Made by a program: the position numbers and the translations under genes. Below, piece after piece: positions 23,501 through 35,500 of a stretch of 35,589 nucleotides of DNA; positions within the stretch are counted from its first letter, which is position 1; every line of letters starts with the position of its first letter. Origin of the DNA: Klebsormidium nitens. Its lineage: Eukaryota; Plantae; Klebsormidiophyceae. The stretch is taken from assembly GCA_000708835.1 (NCBI GenBank), contig DF237709.1, positions 1 to 35,589 of the forward strand, read 5' to 3'. The notes under the pieces are model-generated. The model ran no database searches. It had not been told where the DNA came from and was given only the letters and a program-made list of their open reading frames with translations.

Positions 23501-26500
23501 CCCAGGAGTGGTAATTGTCGCAACTAGAGAAGCGAGCTGCAGGGTGTTGACGGTATTCCCCTGAGAGTCGCTTGCCTGGACGAAGAAGTACGACAGAATT
23601 CCGCCCACGGCACCGGAATCGACGGCCGGACCGAAAGCCACACCCTGGTTTGGGTCGAAGTAACCCGCCTCGACAGCGATCTCGAACGGCTTCCCCGTCG
23701 TGACGTCAGCGATCTGCTGGGGGCTGACGTCTGAACTGGCGACAGGTAGCGAGACCCGGAGGATACCGGAAGTGGGGGGGGCGAAAGTTACCGAGTAACC
23801 AGAGCCGTTGACCGTCGGGGTTAGGGTGGGGTTTGGAACTGGGATCAGAATTCTCTGGTGGGTCGTGTGGTTGTAATGGAGAATGGAAAGAGAGGGGAGG
23901 AGGGTGGTCGTCGGGGCGAGGGCGTTGCCGAACGAGTCCTGCAGAAATCCCGAGTACGAGATCATAAACGGCTTGTGCGCTTCCGTAACACTGCATCTCT
24001 AGTGACAGAAAGTGTGCCACCTTTTGAGTTTCAAGCAGGTTTGATCGTCTAGAGCAACCTGCGTTGAATCAGTCGAAGATGCCCAAGCTCCCGTTTGAAG
24101 GTAGTAGCGAAGTCGGCGCACGAAGCTTTCCAACTCTTCGTGCGCAAAGCGCGTGGTTTGAGGGCGAAGTACACGAACCGAACACAATACAAGCAGGTGA
24201 TTACTGTCCACAGGAACAATCAGAGGAGCATGTATCAAAAGCAATCTGACCGTTCGGTTCAGAATGAAAAACGCCTCTAGCTTCTCTTCAACGGTGCAGG
24301 ACACAGGATGACTAACAAGCAGTCGCTCTGTCGCGCCTTTTAGTAAGATGGACAGAAAGACCCACCAAGGTACGAGTTTCAAGTGCTGGAAAGGAAGTGC
24401 CAAGTCCCCGACGCTCCCTGTGAGCGAGATGCTCGGTTCAAAGAGCCAAACAGCAAGAGAAAAGAATCATCGTCCCATCAATCGCTGAAGTCGCTGTAAA
24501 TGCAAACAATTCGAAGTCTCAAAAATGACTGACCTTGAGATAGATGGTCAGTCGCTCCGAATTCCCCGCAACCAGATACGGCTTGCCGTTCCAGTCCAGG
24601 GAACTCCGCCCCGGGTCCAATTCTCCGGGGACCACTTGCACGTCCAACCGACCGTTCGAAACAGTCTGCCCGGCCAGCTGTATCAGCACGGTAAACTGCC
24701 CAGTAGACATGAACCGGAGCGGCAGTACGAACCGCCCGTTTTGCGCGAACGTCCCGTTGGGGATAGGCGATGCGCCGAGGGGCATAGGAGCCGCGCCGTT
24801 GCCGCTGCTTACGGCCGCGGTGAAGACGGTCAACGTGTCGTCATCCACGAGGTTGCCGTTGGAATCAACGGCCAGGATCTCGACCGCTGCGATCGCGCCA
24901 GCTGTCACCGTCAGGGACGACGGCCCAACCACGGAGCTCCGTGCCACGTCAGCAGGTCCAAAGGAGGCATAACCGGCGAATATAAGCGCCTCGCCGTTGC
25001 GCATAAGCTTTACTTGGAAGGGCCCCGGTTTTAACACCGTGAAGTTTGCCCGGTAGAGCCCCCCGCCCACTTCCGCCAACTGGGCGCCCGCATAAGTGCC
25101 TCCGTCCGACGCCAGCACGGCATACGCTATCGCCGTTCCGTTTCCGGTGTCAGTCGTGTTCCGGCCGGAACCGTGCACGAGCTGCACGGAGAGCCCCAGC
25201 GGCGCCCCTGCCGGAGCCACTGGTGACGTCAGAGTGACGTCAGAGGCGTCCGATCTGCCCGGGAAACGGACCACGCTCCGGTTGAAGCTGACGGCGCCAC
25301 CTGTCACGCTCACAGCGAACGGCGAACCGCGGATCTGCTCGCCGCCCCGCGAAACGGACACCCTCAGCTGCCCCACTCTCGGAGGCGTCCGGAAGCTGAC
25401 GTCATAGGTGCCATCCCCGTTGTCGGCGACCCCAGTCGCTCGCCACGTGGCAGGGCTGCCGACGTCAGCGGTCGAGATTGTGACGTCGAAAACGGCGCCG
25501 CCCCTACCGACTGGGTTTCCAAAGGCATCTGTCGCCAGGATTTTGAATTGGGCTGTGCTAGAAAGGAGCAAAGCGGGGAGGGATCCCCCGGCTTCGTCTC
25601 TGCCGACCCCGGGACCGAACGCCGTGCTCTGATTGGCCGCGACGCTGCCAGCCTGGACCCACGTGCCTCCGTAGCCGGGGATTGTGAACGGTTGGCCGTC
25701 GATCTCAAAGGAAAGTAAGCCCGCGCCAGTCCCTGAAGGCAGGTAGCTCCCGACCCATACCTTACGGGCTTCGTCATAGGCTATCGACGTTGCCGCGGCT
25801 GAAGGGAAAACGCCGAGGGAGACGTTGGTGGGGGGCGCGGCGGAGTTGCCATAAGCGTCCCGGGCTATGATAAGCACCTCGGTGTATTCGCCGGCGAAGG
25901 CGGAGGCCAGCCCGCTCCCGAGGACGGTCGTCTGGGTGACGTCAGCAGGGGCCGACGTAACGTTCCAGGAGAGGGGGGGCACAACGTCCACGAGCCCGCC
26001 GCTTTTGAGCGACCCACGAAGGGTGTAGAGGCCCGCTATGGTCGCCTGAACGGTGACGAGGAACGAAACGGACGGGAGACCGCTCGGCTGGACTCTAACA
26101 ACGGACGCAACAGAAGCGACCGCCTTTCCGGGCCCCGTTACAGTCACCGTGAGCTCGTCCAGGGCTTGGAGCATAGAGTCCTGCGGGTTGCCTTCCGCAT
26201 CACGAGGCCCGACCGAAATCGCCATTCCGCTTCCGGCCGGAACGCTCGAAACGTTCGCCGAAAGAACGGTTCGTTCCGCCACCGAAGGGCCGGAATACGC
26301 GCCGGTCACCAGCACCCCCCCTCCCGGCCCCGTGATTTGACCCCCCCCCAGCAGTTGGACGTCCAACTCGTACCCCCCGGTTCCGTTCACGCCCCGCACG
26401 AAGCTGCACCGGTACGTACCGTTCGCTTCTACCGGGCACGCCCGGTTGGCGAAGGCGGCCGGGCCGTCAGGCTGCGCCATGGAAAAGCTGACGGCGTCAG

Positions 26501-29500
26501 GGCCGTTGCCGTTCAGTAACGGCGTGCCGTTCTGGTCGACTAGCGTTACGTCGAACCAGGTCGAGTCCCCGACTGGTCCTGGAGAAAGTCCCGGGCCCTC
26601 GGCTAGGCTGAGGTCAGCAACCGGGGGCCCGACCGTTGCCGGGTCCGTCACCGTTACTGTTGACGGGCTACCGCCCACTAATCGGGAGTTTATATGGGCG
26701 GTGATTTTGAACTGCTGACCTGGTTGAATGGAGGGAGAAACAGTGTAGGCGAAGGAAAGGGACGTGCGATCGGGGGAGGAAACCGGGACGCCTTCGAGGG
26801 AGACGGTTTTGAGGGGGGCGTTAGTCGTTGCGTTCGTGAAGGCGATCGTGACGTTGAATGGGTCGAGAAGCGCCTTGTTGCCGAAAGTGTCATAGCCCTA
26901 CAGAAGAAGCAAAGCATCTGGTTAGAAGCAAGTACAAGCGGTATCCAGTGCTCGAAGGAACTTTCAGCCGTTTGGTTCCAGCTCAAATGACGAGGACTTC
27001 AAGGCCAGTAAAGAGGACCTGGAGAGCAATCAAAATCTCGAGCTGGGGCGTTGAGCCGCTTCCTTACATGGCAGCACTAGCCGTGACCAAAGCCATTTTC
27101 GTGCTAACGGAGCTAAACGAAACGAGCATACGAAAATTCCGTTTCCGGGCCGCTATTGTGGTCGAAGCAGAACGTCGCTTCAACAGGCCTTGCTTGTACG
27201 AGCTGCGGTCGAGTCTTGGGCCGTACAGCCCCGTTTCTTAAAAGCTTCAAAGGTTGTTACAGACGAAGGCGGGGCTCTTTCCAAAGCACAAATTACAAAG
27301 CTCAAGGGCCACCCGAGGTCAAGTCTTCGCATTGAAACTGACTTGGGAACCAGATATTTCCGATGCATATTGGGAAAAGTTATCGAGCTTTCGAAGTAAG
27401 CAGTTTAGACCAGCCTCTCGGCTTCACTGAAGCTAGCCTCAAGTGCGTAAAAGGTTGCTCGCAGAAACATCTTCGACCCCGTTTCTGCCGTCCTTTGCGG
27501 CTGAGACTCACGAGAAAAGGAGCTCCACAGCGAATGCGCTCCGGAAAGGCAGTCTGTCCATACCGATTAACGTGGATTGGAGCTGACACAGTACCTTACA
27601 CGCCAGCATAGGAGATCTTCAACCTTCAAGTGTTAAAACGTACGACCACGTTCTGACGAGTCAACAAGAGCCCAAGAAGATGTATGGAAGTTTGGACACA
27701 AACAGGAAATCGCTAGCTCGCGACCGAAAGCCTCTTCGTACGTTGGTCCGACTACAGGTTCGTCGAAGATTCTACCTTTTATGATTTCCGTTGTCTTTGT
27801 GACTAGAATCTTGTTTGAAATGGTCAGGAAGGCGTTTCGAGAGGCAGCTCACCAGCAAAGTGAAGCGCCCCCGGCCTCCCACCAAAACCCTCGCCAAACC
27901 CGCGCCCCACGCGAGCGACGTCGCCGGATCCACCGGCCCCGCCGTTACCGCCTGACGGACCAGACCGTTCCCAGCCAGTCCGTTTCCGCTCGTTCCGTTG
28001 ACCTCCGTGAACAGAACGCCGGCTTTCGTCACGGCGAAGTTGGCGAAGTACTTTCCGCTGGGCGGATCGAAGCGGACGTCTAGAGGGTTGGAGAATGAGT
28101 GCACGGGGAAGTCTTCGGGGAAGAAAGTGGCGGAGATTCCGGCTTGGATTGGCGCGAGCGGAAAGCCGTTGTTGTTGACCGGGGAACCGAATGCGTCCCG
28201 GGTTTCGATGACAGCAACCTGAAATGGAACACACTTCTATTAGGACCAAGATCTATCTCTTCGTATTGGCCACCGTTCATCGAAGGTGGACAATGAAACC
28301 TGAAGCCTCTTGCTTGAAAACGACTTCAAGATACAGAACTTTCTGTATCATATTTTCGTTGCTGTTGACCGGGGAACCAGATGCGTCTCGCGCTTTGTTT
28401 ACAGCGACCTGCGAAGAAAGAAAAGGTTAAGGCCAGAATAACCCGCGGAGTTGTCTTGCCGCTGTTTTCCTGCTTCGCTTTCTGCAGCTTCGATCGAAAG
28501 TTTAACAGAACACGCCTTGTGACTGGTTGGCTTTTGGTCCCGGGGACTCCATTATCCAGTAACGAAGGGATCTGAGAGGGACAAGTTATCGTGCAATGGG
28601 TCAAACTGAGAGCGTTTCTCGTTATATGGCCCACAGGAATGAACCACTGGCAAACGGCGTGACCAAAAGATGCGCAACGATAAGAACGACGACTGCCTTT
28701 ACGACATACATGAAGAAGCGCTTTCCTTTGTAGTATTCGTTGTTGCCCAAAGTAATCCGAATCTTTGAGACAGGAGGGTTCAAAGAGGTTTGACACACTT
28801 TCGAAAGAGCGAAAATACAGTTTCCGGGATGGAAGCTCTCGCGACTAAAAGGAAGTGGACGTCGGAAGTTTTAGCAGATGGAGCCAGATATCTCTGAATG
28901 AGATCAAAAACGCATAACTGTATCAACTCAACGATCAATGCGCAAGCCAGCTTCAAACAATCTGGAAACCCTGAATGGGGAAGCCCTCAGCTCTGCTTCT
29001 TTCTAGGAGGTATGACTTTACGTCGCCTCTCGCATGTTCCATTGAAACATAAGTAGCGAGTAAGAGAAGCGCAGCCCCACCTCAAACGAGTTGCTAGCGA
29101 TCAACGGCTCTCCATTCGCTGCCGCATACACGACGGTCTGATCGAACGCCACGTGGCCCTGCGTCACGTTGACGACCATCCTCCCCCCGGGCACATCTAC
29201 GCCCCCTAGTTGCACCACGAGACTGTACAGAAGCGCCCGGTACGGTACGAACCGGGCGAGAACGGTCCCGTTCCCAAAGTCCACAATGGAGGTTTCGGAG
29301 GCTGGGGTTAAGCCCCCGGTTTGGTTAACCGGCTCCGGGTAAGCCTCGAAGCTAAGCGCGGGTTCGCCGGGCACTCCTTGGCCCGGACCGGGGATCCCCC
29401 TGACGTCACATAGGGTTATGGCGAGCTGGTACGAGTGCCCGGTAGAAAGCACCGGGGGACCACGCGCCATTTGGACAAGATCGAGAACGGAGACGCTGCT

Positions 29501-32500
29501 CAGGTTAGCAACGGCAGGGCCCCGTCTAACCGTCACCGCGAACGGGCTACCCGCGATTGCCTGCGCCGTGCCGTTTGCTGACGTCACAGTTAAGTTGACG
29601 ACATACGTCCCTGGGGCGGAAGCGGTGTAGCCGACGCGGTATGCGCCGGAGTCCAGGTTTTCCATGGGGGAAAGAACCGGGTGGGGAGAGCCGAGGACAG
29701 GAAGGAAGGACGCATTCACACTGTCACCGGGTTGACTCCCCGGGTTTCCGAACCGGTCCCTTAACTGGACCGTGAACGAAGTCGATACTTCGGCAATTGC
29801 GGTGTAAATGCCCGCCCCACTGGCGTCAGACTTCGCAGCAGACGTCGGCCCCGGAAGAATTGACACTACAATTTTGGACCCAGGTACTTCCTCTCCGGCG
29901 ACCAGCATGCGCAGTGTCAAGTTCCCCGGTTTGGTCGGCCGGTCTGAATACGCCACAACGCCCTCGGAAAACGACCCGCCTTCGACGGTGTTAATTCTCT
30001 CCACTGTCGCACACCCGTTGTTGCTCAAGGTCGCCTCCAAGATGACGTCAGCAGAGGCCGCCCCGGTCGTAACGCTGTTGTTGAACGCGTCTCTGAGCGT
30101 TACAGCAAGGTCTACGCTACTCCCCGCCGTTACTTGCGCCAAAGGCCCGACGCTAAAAGAAGCGACGGAAGCTTTTGCGGCGGGAGGCCCCGCAACGACC
30201 GTCGTCGCCATTCCCCCGTTAACAACCGGGACTGAGTCCACGAGCACATCGACCAAAACGGGGCCCGCTTCGGAAACGGTCAGGTTCGCCGTGAAGTAGC
30301 ATCCGGCCGAGATCCGCTGGCAGAACGGAAGCCCACAGCCGGCGGAACGGACGCACTCGGCAGCGGAAGTGGCCCCGGAGACGGTCCGAATCGTCACAGA
30401 ACAGTTGACTCCTGGGGGAACGTCCGGGTTGCCCCATTGGTCCGTAAGGTTCACTCGAACCGCTGACGTCAAGCCCGCAACTAGAGACGCCCCGAGCCTC
30501 GAAACCGCCGTCTTTGCCAGGTTCACGTCGCCGGCGGACACGGAGACAAGCGGAGCGGAACCCGAGCGGAACGGAACGCCGTTGAGCGCGCCTTGGAGAA
30601 CGTATTGCCCGGCGGTTTGAATGCGGAGCTGGGAAGTGAAGACGTTGGAAGCGCTATCGAAGGTGACCGGGAAAGGGCCGACGTCTGAGGCCGATTCTAA
30701 AGAACACCCCGGGACTGGGGAGGCGGTGATTGAGAATCGGTAGGGGGCGGAAGAGAAGCCTGGCGTGCGGTACACCTGTGAAGAGAAAAAGAGGGACAAG
30801 TATGCAGTTGCTGAACAGGATTGAAACGGGCAAAGAATTACAGGGTCGTCTTTCTTGGAGAAGGCTCGTCAAGAAGGATGGTCGGAATTGAAGCTGGAAA
30901 GAAAGCTTTGGCGGTTCACTGTGTCTAAACAAGAACGACGGATCTCAATGTACACATTGGACGGCGTATCTGAGAATGGTCGAACTCCTGCGAGCAGGTA
31001 AAAGGCCGAAGCAACCAGTGCTGCCGTCAGGGAACGCATATGAATCACCAAGTCGCAATCGACCTTAGTTTCGCGATACAGAGGAAAGTGGAAGGCGATC
31101 TGATCAAAACTCGAAGGAGACTGATTCCAATTCCAGAAAAGAGTCTCGAAGCGCCGATTCTGAAATCAGGAAAACTAGTGAACGCGGCTGCAATATATGG
31201 AAAAAGCCTGGTAGCTTCCCGCCGCGAAACCCCTTATACTCATCAAATGTATGCTTCACAAGATTGGTTCAGATAAGCCAACTGGCCACTCTCATATGCA
31301 TAGGTCAAAAGCCCTCCCGGCTACAAAAGCGGGCGCCTTCATTCAGCGGCCATACCTTACTGCAAACTTGAAACGGTTGTTATTGCCATGCAGGTTTGAA
31401 GTGACCCAACTTCTCGACAGTCTTTCATGAAGTGAAGGGAGTTGACCCGTTAGTGCCGTTTGCTAAACTAAGCGGCCTTGTAAAGAGGAGCGCAGTCAAA
31501 AGGCACGCTCATCGACCCGGCAGAAATACGTTCGGGACCGTCGATCGATGGGGGCAGCCCCCAAGTTGAGACCTCCAGATCGTCCAATGGGCTTGGCATT
31601 TAAAGCTCCCCACCAGCTGCAAATGCGTATCCTACACTTTGCTGACGACGCCTTCTGGTAACCAGAGTGAGGGCGTCGCTGCGTTCCCGAACTTTCGTCT
31701 TGACACATCCTGCCCACTCGGAGTACAAAAGCAGATTGTGTCAAAGCCCCAGAAGCGTGCGTACTGACTGAGCGATTCTGCCTCCGGCCGCGAAAGAGGG
31801 TAGGGAGCCTCGTATGATAGTCGGTCCTTACCTGAGAGATGTTGTTGACGTCACGCACCGCCACCCGAGCCAACACTACGTCTCCTGCCCGGTACGTACC
31901 GTTCGCTGCCGTCACCAAGGACGTCACCTCGCTCGGAGGCCCCGGCCACACCGTCAGCTGCAGGGGCGCGGTAACGTTCAACCCCGCGGGGCTGGGGAGC
32001 GTTACATGTCCGGTCGAAATGGAAACGCTGTAAACCCCGGCGCCTGTCAGAGTGTAAGGGACCGTGAAGAGGCCTCCGGTTCCGGTCGGGAGGGCTTTGA
32101 TGGGCGGAAGAGTGACGTCATCACGGGAGAAGGTGACGGAGAAACCGGCGGACGGGAGGGTGACATCAGTCAGTTGGCGGCCGGCGGAATCAACGGCCAC
32201 GATCTGGAAGGAGGAGTTCCGGCCGGCTGGCGTTGCCTGCAAGAGCGGAAGGGGACGGTCAGTGATGGCGAAGACCTGCTTTAACTTTTGCATCGACAAC
32301 GTTTGATTTGTCTCGTCGTTCCTGCACCGAAGTTTTCTAATCGACTAACCAGATGCGTCGATTGGTACAAAAGAGAGCCCTAGTGGGACAAGCATGCGTT
32401 CGATGTCGAAAAACTGGTGCGAAGCTGGAGTGATCTTTCCTCGATGTTCTTCTGGCCTTCGGAAGTCATTCTAAGAGCATTGGACTTCAAGGACAATTGC

Positions 32501-35500
32501 TACGCGAGGGAAAAAAGCAGAAGGTCAGAGTGGCGAATCTCCAGAACGGAAGTTCTCTCTCGGTACAACTCGATCTGAATTTGATGAATGGAGCAGGAGC
32601 ATAAGCTGACGCCTCACCTTTTTCGGACATTTTCACATAAACCATGGAACGAAGAATAGAGGACGAGCATTGGAAAGAATTTGGAAGCGCGGAGCCCCAA
32701 CAGACTTGAAAGAAGCAAGAGCGGAAAAGGTGGATTAGCAGACAGATTAACCTCCGGCGAAGAACGAAACATGAGCAACATAGAAGAAGTAGCTAATAGG
32801 TAGAAAGAGAAAGCCCAGAAAGAGAGATACACAAGATCTAAAAGCAAAGAGAAGGGGCGAGACAGGATGAACCCGCCTTCAGTCCTTTCACTTGTTGACC
32901 TTTACGTAAGTGCATACTCTCAGCACGGATCGAGCAACTGAGTGTACCAAAAACGAAGCCCAGAGAGAACGAAGACGAGTAGGTAACGACGAAGAAGAGA
33001 AGACGCACCTTCAGTCTTGCACAAGACACGCTGCGCAGAGAACGGACCGTTCGCACCAAGCGAAGTCACGATTCGAAACCAATTAGGTTCCATTCTGCTA
33101 GCAGCTTCATTCACGGACTACGGAGCTAAGGGAAATGTCAAAACGGATAAGCCAAACAGGAGAACGACGAAGACAACCAGAGAAGGGCGAAGAATAGACG
33201 ACCTACCTGAAGTCCTCGCAGAAACGAGCGCTCCTCAGGAATGGACGATTCGCAAGAAAGCGCTGTCACAATAACCGGAAACCAGTTCCACGTTGATTCA
33301 ACGGTCAAAGAGCTGAGGGAATTCGAAAACAAACGAGCCACACGGAAGAACGACAAGACAGATAGGGAAGGGCAAAACATAGAACCCACCGTGAGCCCTT
33401 GCACAAAGGAGCGTTCCGCAGAGAACGGACCATTTGCGGCAACTGCTGTCACAGCAACCCGGGACCCAATCTGCAGACAAATTCCCGAACTGGAGGATTG
33501 CCAAAAGAGATTTGGGACACGGGGGAACGACAAGTCAACTAAGGATGAGCAAAGAAGATGAGACCCACCTTCAGTCCTTGCACAAACGAGCGTTCCGCAG
33601 AGAACGGACCGTTTGCGGCAACTGCTGTCACCACAGTTGGGGATCCAATTGGCTGACCGTCGATAAGAACGGAAAGACTGTACGGCCCGACCGTTGCTGA
33701 CGTGTACTTGAGGCTGTAGGTTCCGTCGGGGTTCGCAGTGACCTGAAAGAAAAGAAACCAGTAAGTTCCCGTATGAGCATTCATGTGGCGAGAGTCTGCA
33801 CTAGTCGAATGAGAGATATTCTTGTGAAGGTGTTGCGAATCTGGAATATTTGAGACCCGAACCAGATCGCGGCTTCTTTGTCGGAACTGGCAGCTGATAA
33901 AGCCGCTTTGTATAAGTGCGTAGGATGACCGACATTTCAATACACTGAGCTCGAGACATGCAAAGACAGAAACTTGTAACATGGAAATGGAAGCGATGGT
34001 CACATCGAAACAGGCTCGCGATTCGCTGATTGAGGACCTCAGCATCTTTTTCGAACAAACAACGAGACACATCGGTTTCAGTACGTCCCATCAACATGGT
34101 CGACAAACAACTTCTGTTCGCTACACCTGAATTCCGAAGTGGCACGCGAATCCTGAACTCGCCCATGCCGTGAACAATGGACTGCTCGATTGACAGCGTT
34201 TTGCAACAAGAGCGGCGTAACGTTGGAAGCTTGATGTCACTGTTCAGATTCGTTACCATATAAACTACTAATCAGTATGAAGCAGCTGGTCAGATGGAGA
34301 CTGCAGAAATTGAACCTGGCTTACCGCACTAAGGCGGAAGGGAGTAGGAGGCGTGCCTCTGAGCACTTCTTTTCATTAAGTGGTCTTCGGTGGAAAGCGC
34401 TCCATGGTTCATTGTCGAATGCAGACACGGAAGCGTGAAGACTTACTCCAGAGCGCAACATTTTGTGATTGCTTATGCCAGTCGGCAGGTTCCACTGACG
34501 AGCTGCTTGTGGCCAGAATTTATATCTCAAGACTGAAGATCGAAGTACTTGACAGCAGATGGTCGCATACATACATACAGAGGAACAATCATAAGAGAGA
34601 CGAGGGAGAACCCACAGTTACTCCGGGCTGCACGTTGGGTCCGCTTGCCACCCCCCCGGCTGACGCGACCATATCGCTGACGTCACCATTGCCAAAACCC
34701 GGCGCCAGGCTTGCCGCAGAGCCGTTTCCTGCCGGTGTTAGGGCGGCCGTCACTAATCCCCCCGCTAACCCCGCCGGGTTACCATGTTCGTCCCGGGGGG
34801 TAAACATTACCTCAGCTGGGACCCCCGCCACTGCTCCGGAAAGGCCCGCTCCTGAGAGAGTGCTTTTCTGGGGGGATGGGGGCCCAGGAATTGTGGAGAC
34901 GAAAAAGGGACTGCCAGGAAGGGGGATGCCGGAGAGAGTCACGGAGATTGTGACTGTGCCCACGTTTGGGGGGGTGGGGAACGAGATGAGGGAAGCGACC
35001 CCAATCTGGGTTAAGCTAACGGGTAAGGTTTGGGTTCCATTTTGCTGGAAGAGGAGCCCTGTAGCGGTGAATTGGGCGGGAGTTGACACCTGGTTGGAGT
35101 CCAGGAACGTAGCGCTAACCGTGGGGTTGAGGGCAGGGTTTGGCGTAACCATATTGTCAAATCTGTCAACCAAGAGCACCGTGAAGTTAGCCCCCATTCC
35201 AACCACCAGCTCTCCCCCGGGCTCCAGACCCAAAACCCGTGACTGAGCCGAAACCGCATCTCCTGGGGTTACAATAACCGCAGGGTTAAGCCCGTTGGTT
35301 AAGCTAACCGTCTGCCCCTGGGTGTAGACCGTCGCAGAGAGAGTGTATGCCCCTGCCAAAGTCAGCGCAAAGCTGACGTTGACGAAGCCGTTGATAACAG
35401 GGCCTCCGCGAACGGCTGGAAAGCCAGCCGTTCCCTGGGGCCCTATAAAGGACGCGGACACGAGGTATGCGTCGGCGCCCCCGTTGAAGAGCTGGAGGGT

